From: a virus
Length of the DNA: 64,000 nt
Reading direction: 5' to 3' (one strand)
IMG/VR virus record: IMGVR_UViG_3300042516_005163
Span: 11,140 to 75,139 of that record
Shown here: in pieces, positions 10,495 to 19,842 of the stretch
Numbering within the stretch: position 1 is the first letter of the stretch
Layout of the letters: the number at the start of each line of letters is the position of its first letter
Notes under the pieces: model-generated
What the model was told of the DNA's origin: nothing
Databases searched by the model: none
Seen by the model: the letters and a program-made list of their open reading frames with translations, nothing else
Translations under genes and position numbers: made by a program

Positions 10495-11892
10495 ATGTTA
10501 ATTTATTCACATTCAACCCCAGATATTTTAACAGCAACAATTCGTAGTGTTGATGATGTTAAAAACTCGGAGTATTGTGGTCTTGTTGGTCCTAATTTTC
10601 CTGAAGATGTGATGGCTTTAGATGGTGATAATTTAGTTATTGCTGACGAACCAGATAAACTTAATAGAGAGATTGCAGTAGCAATTGCTTTTAATTCAGT
10701 ACAAGATTGTGAAAGTGCAAAACAATTTGTGCGTTTATTTTTACTGAATGCACCCACTATGGATGTTGCCACTATTTTGTATTATAAAGATAGAATATCT
10801 AATGGTCCGTTTGCTGATTGTGTGGGAGAGTATTCACAAGCAGCTATTGAAGCGTCGTCATTTGGTGTACCAAGTAATACCTCAGTATTTGGTGGTTCAC
10901 CACGTGATACAAGTTTTCTCAATACTCTTAAAAACGCATTATTGGATTGTTTGAATGCCCCTTGTGATTATTTCAATGGGGGTGGCACGTATGGGTTTTT
11001 AGGAATGAATACACCAGGTGTAACAGGTGGTGTTGATAGCCCACCACCTATTGATGATATTTTAACATTCAATAAAATACCTGAAACGTTTCAACAAGTG
11101 AGTGCAACTCTTTCTGTTCAAACCAAGCTTACTATGTCTAAAATCAAAAACGTTTTTAAGTCAAAGGATCAGCGAATACAAGAAGAAGAGTTAATTCTTG
11201 CAGGTAAAACACCACCACCAGTGGTACCAACCGCAACAAGCATTTCATTAAAGAGTATATTACCTGATAATATTGTAGATGGTATGAAAAAATTATTAGC
11301 ACCAACAAAGATTCAAAATGTTTTATCAGCAAATCTTGGTGATTGTTTTAGAATACAAGACTATCAGAGAAAATATAACCCATATACATATACAAAAACA
11401 GGTGGGTCAAATGGTGAAAGTATTGGGCCGCGACCTGCAACTGGTATACCTGAAAAAACAGTGAACCGTGGTAAGAGCGGTAGGAGTGGTATTGATTATA
11501 CACCACCACCTGGTCTTAGAGGTTATGGTGGTGCTGGTATTGCTACAGTATTTGGATTGGATTATGATGGTAAAATAGATAGTCAGGATAATGGTATAGG
11601 TGCATTTGGTCAAAAAACAGCCAATAAACAGATAGAAGGCGTTTCAATACCTTTTGGAACAGCATTGCAATGGTTTGGAAAAGATTATAGAAATTATATA
11701 AGAAAAAATAAACCTTTAGTTGAAATAACAAACAACATGGGTAAAACAGTCCGAGTTCCTATTGTTGATTTGGGTCCTGCAGCTTGGACAAAAAATGACT
11801 TAGATTTAACATACAAAACAGCTCGTGATCTACAAACAAAAGGTAAAGCTACGGTAACATATAGATTAGTTAACCCACCATCCAATCAATGA
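10495..11892 (+). CDS. Virion protein with C-terminal RlpA-like double-psi beta-barrel (lytic transglycosylase-type) domain
   Basis: GIATVFG...VEITNNMGKTVRVPIVDLGP...DLDLTYKTARDL. Confidence 0.65.
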   Translation: MLIYSHSTPDILTATIRSVDDVKNSEYCGLVGPNFPEDVMALDGDNLVIADEPDKLNREIAVAIAFNSVQDCESAKQFVRLFLLNAPTMDVATILYYKDRISNGPFADCVGEYSQAAIEASSFGVPSNTSVFGGSPRDTSFLNTLKNALLDCLNAPCDYFNGGGTYGFLGMNTPGVTGGVDSPPPIDDILTFNKIPETFQQVSATLSVQTKLTMSKIKNVFKSKDQRIQEEELILAGKTPPPVVPTATSISLKSILPDNIVDGMKKLLAPTKIQNVLSANLGDCFRIQDYQRKYNPYTYTKTGGSNGESIGPRPATGIPEKTVNRGKSGRSGIDYTPPPGLRGYGGAGIATVFGLDYDGKIDSQDNGIGAFGQKTANKQIEGVSIPFGTALQWFGKDYRNYIRKNKPLVEITNNMGKTVRVPIVDLGPAAWTKNDLDLTYKTARDLQTKGKATVTYRLVNPPSNQ

Positions 11893-12833
11893 TTCCAGCA
11901 TTTACAAAATTTACTTCAGTACAATTTACAGATACAAATCAGTTGTATTCACTTGAAAAATATTATTCAAACAACGCACCATACGTATCAATGATAGCTG
12001 CTCCAGTTATTGAAACTGGTCAATATTTGTATTCGGAAATATTCAAAGACCCAAATGGTAATTTAATACCATTTTATGTTACAACAACCAATGTTAATTT
12101 ATCGTCCACCCCACCATCAACTCCATTTCCTACAAGAATAGATATAGTTTCTGAAAATGCAGATGCTGTAAAAAATATAGCAGCATTTTTTATTGATTGG
12201 CAAGTCGGTGGTTCAACCAATCTCATTGTCAAGCCAACACCGACTGCTCTTGGTATTGTAACTGGTATGCCTGGTACAACAGGTCTTATTAAATCATTTG
12301 ATTTCAATAACTCACCACCACCAGCTACTAAAACACCAATACCACCAACAGCATTAGGTGGATCAGGTATTGCAACTAACTACATACCACCTGAGATTGA
12401 AGTATTTGGTAATGGTAATCTTAAATTGAGTGATATTGTTTCACTATCATTTACAAAAAATCAACAGTTATTTGTATCAGCTGCAACTGCATTTGAACAA
12501 ATGATAGCTGATGCTAAATTACAAGGAATATCAACACCAACAAAAATTGATATGAGTTATATGTCTTATAACGATCAACTTAGAGCATATAATCTTAGAC
12601 CATCACTCAATCCTGAACCAGGTAAATCGATTTTCGGGTGGGGATTAACATTGCTTTTTAATAAGAAAGATCCTAACTTTGCTAATTTTAAAGAATGGCT
12701 TAAATTTAACGCATATAAGTATAACATATATGGACTACGTGCAGATCCACGCGATAAATTTTATGCAAATGGTTTTATAGATGATAAAGATAATCAGTGG
12801 GATTATAGAGGTCCTATTGCTTCTTCAGTTTGA
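11889..12833 (+). CDS. Virion protein with degenerate VanY/M15B peptidase-like C-terminal domain
   Basis: AATAFEQMIADAK, SYMSYNDQ, PGKSIFGWGL, WLKFNAYKY; Zn ligands missing. Confidence 0.55.
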   Translation: MIPAFTKFTSVQFTDTNQLYSLEKYYSNNAPYVSMIAAPVIETGQYLYSEIFKDPNGNLIPFYVTTTNVNLSSTPPSTPFPTRIDIVSENADAVKNIAAFFIDWQVGGSTNLIVKPTPTALGIVTGMPGTTGLIKSFDFNNSPPPATKTPIPPTALGGSGIATNYIPPEIEVFGNGNLKLSDIVSLSFTKNQQLFVSAATAFEQMIADAKLQGISTPTKIDMSYMSYNDQLRAYNLRPSLNPEPGKSIFGWGLTLLFNKKDPNFANFKEWLKFNAYKYNIYGLRADPRDKFYANGFIDDKDNQWDYRGPIASSV

Positions 12834-13288
12834 ACAGGTGTAACGTCAATTACGTTATCACTTTCATCTAATAACTGTTTAATTAGTTCTTCACGACTTA
12901 AAAGCAACTTAGTACTGTTATCCATTACATTAAGTTCTTTACGAGCTTTAATATCCATTTCTTTAAGTTGTGTTGATGATTTAATTCTATCACGGGTCTG
13001 AAGTAACTTATTAAGCGATTCTAAAGCTGCGGAAGATGCTTTAACAACTTCTGCAAATGCTGTAATTTCTTTATCACTTGCACCTGCTTGGATATAATCC
13101 TTTAAGTTATCAACCGCTTCCATAGATTGAACAACTAATGTTGCAGATTTGTCGAGAACAAACTTTTCCAAATTTTCTGGGGATAGTTCTTGTTGAGATA
13201 CAGGTGGTGGTGTTTTAGTTGTAAGTGAATTTTGTAATTGATCTAAAATTGAATCACCAATTTTATCTAAATCTGCGTCAGGTTCCAT
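12803..13288 (-). CDS. Putative terminase small subunit (gp16-like)
   Basis: Helical 161 aa; AFAEVVKASSAALESLNKL and LLLSREELIKQL resemble gp16 architecture; late promoter. Confidence 0.4.
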   Translation of the reverse strand: MEPDADLDKIGDSILDQLQNSLTTKTPPPVSQQELSPENLEKFVLDKSATLVVQSMEAVDNLKDYIQAGASDKEITAFAEVVKASSAALESLNKLLQTRDRIKSSTQLKEMDIKARKELNVMDNSTKLLLSREELIKQLLDESDNVIDVTPVQTEEAIGPL

Positions 13289-13388
13289 TTATTGTATTTA
13301 GTTAGTTGATTTCAAAAACAACCAAGTTAATATATACAAAGAGATGAATAATACACCTTGAATTCAAGTCTAGATTATAAATAATGAT

Positions 13389-14240
13389 ATGGTTATATAT
13401 AGAACTAAATTTGTTTTGAAATCTGGTGATGTATTTTATTATGTTGGAAAAGATATGAAAAATACCAGATCCTATATAGGATCTGGTAAACTGTTACCTT
13501 GGTTTATAGAAAACAGTATTTACATACATAAAACAATAATTGGTAAAGCTAATTCTACAGAGGAACTTACTATACTTGAAAATTATTGGCTACAAAAACT
13601 TAATTGTGCAGAACAATGCAATTATTTAAATATTAACGGTTATAGTTCGGGTGGTGTTATTATAACTAACAGAAATAAATGGCTAACTTCTTTGCGTTTA
13701 GCCACACCTAAGAGGGTGGAAGCTTATAAAAAAACAAGAAATAATTGGTCTAAAGAAAAAAAGCAAAAGGTTTCGCATAATATTTCTATCGGTGTTAAAA
13801 AAGCATTTATAAATACACCTCAACATATAAAAGATTTACGTAAACAAAAAGAGATGAACACCAAAGAACAAAGAACACAAGAGCAAAAAAAACACGAAAG
13901 TTATCTTAAAAGCCAATCATCAAAACGGGTTGCAAAAGAAAGAGCTTCCGATACAAATAAACAAGCAGAATATTCACAGCGTGTATCAGAAGGGGTTAAA
14001 AAGTGGCGTAATAGTCTTTCTACAAATGATATTAAAAATATTACATTTAAATACAAAAAAACAATGTACACCAAAAATGGGATGTTATCATATGAAGTGC
14101 AAATACGTGAAATGATACATAAAAATACAAGTATTGAAATATTTCATTTTTTAAAATCAAAAAATATTAAGACGCATCATATTTGTGTAAAAAAATTTAT
14201 TGATTTTTTAATAGATAATCCTATATTGAATTATGATTGA
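13389..14240 (+). mobile_element. Free-standing GIY-YIG (Seg-like) homing endonuclease
   Basis: VIYRT..YYVGKD..YIGSG, LENYW, YLNI; basic helical C-term; TATAAATA at 13376-13383. Confidence 0.8.
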
Positions 14241-14673
14241 AGTTAAATTCGTTAAAATAAACAATAAAGCAAAATTACCAAAATTTAATATTGAGGATCC
14301 ACTAACAGGTGACATCGGTGCTGATTTATATAGTGTAGAAAATATTACTATCCCTGCAAACGGATCTGCTGTAGTGGATGTGGGTCTCAAACTCGGGTTT
14401 ATCACCCCCGGTTATTATTTTATTATATCTCCGAGATCAGGTTTGGGGTTTAAATATGGTATACAACCCCACTTAGGTAGAATTGATAACCAGTATCGAG
14501 GTTCGTTAGGAGTTAAACTATTTAACTTTTCAACTTTAGATTATCATGTTACTGAAGGAGATAGAGTTGCGCAAATTGAATTTCATAAATTAATACAACC
14601 TAAATTTTATTGGGTGGAAAACGCAGAAGATTCAGTTCGTGGTGATAAAGGTTTTGGATCTTCAGGAAAGTAA
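14233..14673 (+). CDS. dut: Trimeric dUTPase
   Basis: GADL, PRSGL, GRIDNQYRG, GDRVAQ, RGDKGFGSSG. Confidence 0.95.
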   Translation: MIEVKFVKINNKAKLPKFNIEDPLTGDIGADLYSVENITIPANGSAVVDVGLKLGFITPGYYFIISPRSGLGFKYGIQPHLGRIDNQYRGSLGVKLFNFSTLDYHVTEGDRVAQIEFHKLIQPKFYWVENAEDSVRGDKGFGSSGK

Positions 14674-14680
14674 ATATAAT
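14665..14680 (+). promoter_or_regulatory. GGAAA-N5-TATAAT promoter (clamp loader)
   Basis: GGAAA gtaaa TATAAT, 7 nt to ATG 14688. Confidence 0.65.
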
Positions 14681-14687
14681 ATTTTAT

Positions 14688-15617
14688 ATGGATTTAAATA
14701 AAATCTGGGTAGAAAAATTTAGACCCTCAACCATCGATGAACTCATCGTTGATGAAGATATTAAGTCAATTGTAAAGGACTTTGCAAAAGCTGAGCAGAT
14801 TCCTAATCTGCTATTTGTGGGCTCACCTGGTACGGGTAAAACGAGCTTAGCTAAGATTCTTGTACATGATGTATTAAAATGCAACTATTTGTATCTTAAT
14901 GCATCTGATGAAAATGGCATTGATACAATTCGTACCAAAGTAAGCAACTTTTCACAAACTAAATCGTTTGATGGAAAGGTAAAGGTTGTTATTCTTGATG
15001 AGGCAGATGGTATTACCGCACAAGGTCAGCAAGCTTTACGTAATTTGATGGAGAGTTATAGTGGTTATACTCGATTCATTTTAACTGCAAACTTTAAGCA
15101 TAAGATCATTACACCTCTTCAATCTCGTTGTCAGAGTTTGAATCTTAAACCATCTTTGGAACAAGCAGTCAAACGTTGCTATCATATTCTTAAGCAAGAG
15201 AATGTAGATTTAGAAGAAGATCAAAAGCGTAAGTTTGTTGAGTTAATTAAAAATCATTTCCCTGATTTGCGGAAGACTATCAATGAACTACAAAAGAGTG
15301 TTGTTGATGGTAAGCTTGTAATTAAGTGTACAACTATTGATAATGAATTTATTAAAAAGATTTTTGAATATATCAAAACTAAAAAGGTTTTAGATGGTCG
15401 TAAGTTTATTATCCAAAACGAAGATATATTTCAAAATGATTATCAAACTTTGCTTAAGCAAATGTTAGAGTATGTTTATACTGTTGAGGGTGTTGATGAG
15501 TTGAAAAAGAAACAGATGATTGCTATTATTGCAAATCACATCTACCAGTCAGTCTTTGCGATTGATCTCGAAATTAATGCTTTCAGCTGTTGGATTCAGC
15601 TTGAAAGTGTTTGTTAA
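14688..15617 (+). CDS. Sliding-clamp loader AAA+ subunit (T4 gp44/RFC-like)
   Basis: WVEKFRP, GSPGTGKT, LNASDENG, ILDEAD, LQSRC, FPDLRK. Confidence 0.93.
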   Translation: MDLNKIWVEKFRPSTIDELIVDEDIKSIVKDFAKAEQIPNLLFVGSPGTGKTSLAKILVHDVLKCNYLYLNASDENGIDTIRTKVSNFSQTKSFDGKVKVVILDEADGITAQGQQALRNLMESYSGYTRFILTANFKHKIITPLQSRCQSLNLKPSLEQAVKRCYHILKQENVDLEEDQKRKFVELIKNHFPDLRKTINELQKSVVDGKLVIKCTTIDNEFIKKIFEYIKTKKVLDGRKFIIQNEDIFQNDYQTLLKQMLEYVYTVEGVDELKKKQMIAIIANHIYQSVFAIDLEINAFSCWIQLESVC

Positions 15618-16090
15618 GGTTTTTTCTTACGTTGTTTAATCTTTGAGGTACTAGTCTTTGGTTTGGTGGTGGGTTGTTGTTTATATACTCCCATCTCGAG
15701 TTGATCTTGATAACTATCATTAATAAAAGTATTAACTTCATTGTCATCCAAATACATATTTGAATTTTGCTTAAGAGATTTCATAGCATTACCATTTTCA
15801 TTGACCCCATTATTCTTAAGAAAGGTAAATAAATGACGAGCTTGTACATTATCTGCTTTTAATCTAAATTGACCTTTAAAACGCTCAAATTGTTGTTTTA
15901 ATTTAATAATTTCAGTTTGAGCTTGCTTTTCACCTGCTAAACGGTGACCCCAATTTCCAGTAAATGTTGGTAAAGCTGCAGCAATTTTACGTTTAGCCCA
16001 ATTACCAAATCTTTGACCCACACTAATTGGTGATGCTTCCTGTATCTGTTGATACTTTTCAAAAATAAGTTGCGAGTCTTTATCTTTCAT
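15614..16090 (-). CDS. Hypothetical protein, probable head-internal protein
   Basis: MKDKDSQLIFEKYQQIQE|A propeptide-like start; basic C-term. Confidence 0.5.
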   Translation of the reverse strand: MKDKDSQLIFEKYQQIQEASPISVGQRFGNWAKRKIAAALPTFTGNWGHRLAGEKQAQTEIIKLKQQFERFKGQFRLKADNVQARHLFTFLKNNGVNENGNAMKSLKQNSNMYLDDNEVNTFINDSYQDQLEMGVYKQQPTTKPKTSTSKIKQRKKKP

Positions 16091-16656
16091 TATTTCAACC
16101 CTTTTAAATACATTGCAGTGGTAGCTTTTGCAGACTTATTAGGTAGGCTTACGTTTTTATTTTTGAGAGAACGATCACCAAATCCTAATTTACCTTTACC
16201 TTGTGTATCAGAAAGATTAGATTGGTTTTCTTCATCTGATTCAAGTTCTTCTGGTTTGATATTCACCTTCTTAACAATTTCTCTTTCCTTTGAAAGAGGC
16301 ATTAAATTTGGGTATGTGTCAACTTTATCAAGAAGAGAAGGGCAGCAAAGGGTGTAATCACTATAACGACCACCACCTTGGTCAAGAGCAATAGTTAACA
16401 TAAGTTGTACACCATTACCAGCTGGATTTGCAGGTGTTGCAGCAGGCATATAACTCTTATCATCAACAACACGAATGTTGAGACCGCTATCAGCCATTGC
16501 GTCTAATCTTGCTTTGACGTCATCATTTAGATTCTTGTAATGATCTGCTGACTTGTAGTTGTCTTTGAACTTAACATAGTCACCAATAAGGAACCCACCT
16601 TCACGTTGATAACGTTGATAAACAGATTCAAAAAGTTTTTCGAATTTCTTTTGCAT
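16090..16656 (-). CDS. Hypothetical virion protein (start revised to MQKKFEKLFE)
   Basis: TAAATA 8 nt upstream of ATG 16656; the longer ORF would overlap the divergent gene. Confidence 0.6.
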   Translation of the reverse strand: MQKKFEKLFESVYQRYQREGGFLIGDYVKFKDNYKSADHYKNLNDDVKARLDAMADSGLNIRVVDDKSYMPAATPANPAGNGVQLMLTIALDQGGGRYSDYTLCCPSLLDKVDTYPNLMPLSKEREIVKKVNIKPEELESDEENQSNLSDTQGKGKLGFGDRSLKNKNVSLPNKSAKATTAMYLKGLK

Positions 16657-16691
16657 TGTAAATATATTTATTTGTTCCAATAAATAATCAT

Positions 16692-18140
16692 ATGACATTT
16701 GCAGATTTAGCTCAAAAAATTTTAAATGAGGCAACTCCAGATCCAAGAGGTTTAAGGACATCATCAGTTGGGAGATCAGATTTCAACCCACAATTACCTT
16801 CAGCTTCTAAGAAGCGTTTACCAACAGATAAAGCAGGTATTGGTGGTACATCCACAACAAGAACTATTCGTAATATTTTCAGACTATTAAAAAATGACAG
16901 TGCGTTTTTTGGTGAAATAAATGAAATCCTCAAAAAATATGCTCAAAGACAGCAAGTAAGCTATGAGTATGAAACTGATATTGTTAATTTGATTCAGCAA
17001 GTGCAAGACGGTGAAGATGATTTAATAGCATATAAAAAAGCATATCAAGAACACCAATTAGGTAGGGGTACACTTGAATCTCCTGAAAAAATTAAAGGTA
17101 AAATCAAAGCGTTAGAAAGTGATATTAAGGGTAGCCAAGAAGAATTAAACGATATTTTAAAGACAATTGAAAAATTCCCTGAAGAAAACGAAGATATGGA
17201 ATTCACTCTTCGTAATAAGCTTGTAAAAGCTGTTAAAGATGCTGCAAGTAGATTGTTAAAGGAACTTGAAACACCTGCTGAAAAAGCATCTGAAGTAAAA
17301 TCATTAGATCAACTTGAACAACTAGTTACAACAGATGAAGAATTACAGCAAAATTCAACCAAGCAAGCTGTTTTAGATTCACTTACAAAAGACACTGCAA
17401 AAGATAACGTTCTTTTGAGATATTTCCAGAATGAGGAAAACAAATATCAGGATTTCATGAAAGGTCGTTCCCTTTCAGGTAAATTAGCTACTATTGAACA
17501 AAATAAACAATTCAATATGTTACCTCTTTCTGCATTTGCTAGATTCTATAATTCTAGTGTTAAAGATGCAAGTTCTATTAAACTTCTACCAACAACTGCT
17601 GGTGCAAAAGCTCTTCAAGGTGGTTTTGCTGGTTCACAAGCTGGTAGAAAAGCTGTTGATAAATCACTAATCGATTTGAGAAAGTTAGTTGATAGAAATT
17701 TTGATAGTAAAGATCAAGGTGTTGAAAGACGCGCATTTGGGTTAATTGATACGTCTTCTGCATCACCTGATAAAAAAGACAGACTTAAGCAGGTTGTTAC
17801 GCAAGTATTGAATGGTGAAACACCACCAGCTACCCTTGCTAATGTTATCTACAATGAATCCATTTTCGGATTTGATATGCTTGTTGAAGATTTGTTAACA
17901 GAAGCAAAAAAAGGTGCAAGATGCACTAAAGTTACAGGTCAACAACCATCATCTAGACCGACAAAAAAATATATGCGGTGCGCAAGAGTTGATGGTAAGC
18001 TTAAGAGAATCCACTATGGTGATCCAAACTTAAGAATCAAAAAATCCAACCCTAAAAAGAGAAAGTCTTTTAGAGCTCGTCATAAATGTTCAACAGCTAA
18101 GCCAGGAACTGCTCGTTATTACTCTTGCAAAAATTGGTGA
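16692..18140 (+). CDS. Probable head-internal protein with C-terminal basic Cys-rich domain
   Basis: MTFADLAQKILNE|A; C-term LLTE|AKKG..YGDPNLRIKKSNPKKRKSFRARHKC..ARYYSCKNW, a motif seen in T4-like cyanophage proteins. Confidence 0.6.
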   Translation: MTFADLAQKILNEATPDPRGLRTSSVGRSDFNPQLPSASKKRLPTDKAGIGGTSTTRTIRNIFRLLKNDSAFFGEINEILKKYAQRQQVSYEYETDIVNLIQQVQDGEDDLIAYKKAYQEHQLGRGTLESPEKIKGKIKALESDIKGSQEELNDILKTIEKFPEENEDMEFTLRNKLVKAVKDAASRLLKELETPAEKASEVKSLDQLEQLVTTDEELQQNSTKQAVLDSLTKDTAKDNVLLRYFQNEENKYQDFMKGRSLSGKLATIEQNKQFNMLPLSAFARFYNSSVKDASSIKLLPTTAGAKALQGGFAGSQAGRKAVDKSLIDLRKLVDRNFDSKDQGVERRAFGLIDTSSASPDKKDRLKQVVTQVLNGETPPATLANVIYNESIFGFDMLVEDLLTEAKKGARCTKVTGQQPSSRPTKKYMRCARVDGKLKRIHYGDPNLRIKKSNPKKRKSFRARHKCSTAKPGTARYYSCKNW

Positions 18141-18167
18141 TAACTCAATAATTTAATAAATAATATT

Positions 18168-18713
18168 ATGCCAGCAAAATCAGAAAAACAACGTAAATTT
18201 TTTGGTGCCGTGATGGGTGCAAAAAAAGGTAAAGGTAAAGTAACCGGAGCAGCAAAAAAAGCTGCTAAAGAAATGCCCGAAAAGGAAATTAAAAAGTTCC
18301 TTAAAAAAGAATCTTATGATGATGTGGTAAACAACTATCTCAAAAAATATCTTATTGAAATGGATGTAAGACAAGATCCAAGAGAAGTTGAAGGAATTAC
18401 TGAACACCCTCATGAAGAAGTTACAGCAGATAAAAATGCTGAACAAGAAAATCGTGAGTTTAACGAGTGGTTAAAACAGAAATTTAAAGACCGTCCAGTA
18501 TTTTTAAGAAATCTAGCGTATGATCAAGATATGTTGGCGGATTTGTTTTATGATTTCAAACAGGAAAGAGCACAAGCACAATCTGGAGAAGAAGATTACG
18601 AAGAAGAATGTGAATCAGCTAAAGAAGGTTGTAAGTGTGATAATTGCCCTGAATGTCAAGGTAATCAAGAGCAGGGTAAACAAATGTTATCATTTTATTT
18701 TCCAGGTAAATGA
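18168..18713 (+). CDS. Hypothetical late protein (MPAKSEKQRKFFG family)
   Basis: Basic N-term, acidic/Cys C-term; late promoter. Confidence 0.55.
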   Translation: MPAKSEKQRKFFGAVMGAKKGKGKVTGAAKKAAKEMPEKEIKKFLKKESYDDVVNNYLKKYLIEMDVRQDPREVEGITEHPHEEVTADKNAEQENREFNEWLKQKFKDRPVFLRNLAYDQDMLADLFYDFKQERAQAQSGEEDYEEECESAKEGCKCDNCPECQGNQEQGKQMLSFYFPGK

Positions 18714-19060
18714 ACTATAATAAAGTTTATCTCGAATTTATGCAACAGTATACAGGTGAAACACCGTATACTAAAGAAGAACTTGAAGCGTTGATTAGTG
18801 ATTTAAGCGGTATGATTGATAACCCTGAAGTTAAACTTACAAAGGATGAGATCATTAAAAAGCTTAAAGGTTATATTAACATGCTTAACGATACCCCTGA
18901 AAATAAAGAACAACTTGGTAATATTACAGGTGAAACAGTAACAGAAGGTAAAAAAGATGCATGTTACCGCAAAGCTAAAGCGAAGTATGATGTCTTTCCT
19001 AGCGCTTACGCCAGCGGGTACATTTCAAAATGCCGCAAACGTAAAGGTAAAATTAAATGA
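18710..19060 (+). CDS. Hypothetical protein with C-terminal KKDACY..PSAYASG..KCRK domain
   Basis: Motif after VTE|G; seen in T4-like phage proteins. Confidence 0.55.
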   Translation: MNYNKVYLEFMQQYTGETPYTKEELEALISDLSGMIDNPEVKLTKDEIIKKLKGYINMLNDTPENKEQLGNITGETVTEGKKDACYRKAKAKYDVFPSAYASGYISKCRKRKGKIK

Positions 19061-19311
19061 TCACATTTGCTGAATTTTTTACTGAAAACTTACGTGATTG
19101 GTTTAAATCTCATCGCGATCCAAAAACTGGTAAAAAATTCAAAGGTTGGATAAACTGTAAGACAGGGGGTCCTTGCGGTAGAAACGACACTAATAAAGGT
19201 TCTTACCCTGCATGTCGTCCTACGAGACAACAATGCAAAAAGATAAAAGGTAAGATGTATAAGAAAAAAGGACCAAAACGTGTACAATGGAAGAGTAAGA
19301 AGAAAGACTAG
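19057..19311 (+). CDS. Small basic Cys-rich protein (LRDWF..W...CGR..YPAC)
   Basis: MITFAEFFTE resembles the T4 capsid-targeting sequence. Confidence 0.55.
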   Translation: MITFAEFFTENLRDWFKSHRDPKTGKKFKGWINCKTGGPCGRNDTNKGSYPACRPTRQQCKKIKGKMYKKKGPKRVQWKSKKKD

Positions 19312-19329
19312 CTATTAAATATAATATAA

Positions 19330-19842
19330 ATGGCTGTCAAATTAGACTTCTTACAAACAACACCAGCGGTAGTTGCTGCACCAACCCAGCAAACACAGCA
19401 AATTAGTTATTTGTATAAAGATCTCTTGTTAGATCTTTTATTAGCTTATACTAGAAGCCCAGAGTTATTAAAAAATCAAGAAGTAAAAGATGCAACACCT
19501 ATATATGATTTTAGAGCTGTAAGTCAGTCTTTAAAAAACTTGTTTAGCACGCTACCTGGTCAAAAAATATTAAATCCACTATACGGATTAGACTTAAGAA
19601 AATATCTATTTGAAAATGTTAGTACATCTGTTGGTTATATTATTGGACTAGAGTTATATGACGTTGTACCAATTTTCGAGCCACGTGTTGCAATTACAAA
19701 TATTGATGTAATTGCAGACCCTGAAAATAATCAGTATGTTATAGATATTACATATGTTGTACCAACGTTGCAAGTGGGTGTTGATACAAAAGCACAGCAG
19801 GTTAAAGTAACATTAAATCAAAACGGATTCACATTAGTATGA
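19330..19842 (+). CDS. Baseplate wedge protein gp25-like
   Basis: AVSQSLKNLFSTLPGQKILNPLYGLDLRKYLFE..FEPRV. Confidence 0.9.
   Translation: MAVKLDFLQTTPAVVAAPTQQTQQISYLYKDLLLDLLLAYTRSPELLKNQEVKDATPIYDFRAVSQSLKNLFSTLPGQKILNPLYGLDLRKYLFENVSTSVGYIIGLELYDVVPIFEPRVAITNIDVIADPENNQYVIDITYVVPTLQVGVDTKAQQVKVTLNQNGFTLV

Noticed and set aside
16657-16764. N-terminal extensions given by the ORF track (also 31897, 37056, 40981, 42078, 47667, 50247, 54687, 61846)
   Set aside because: Downstream ATGs fit promoter spacing or coupling and avoid overlaps
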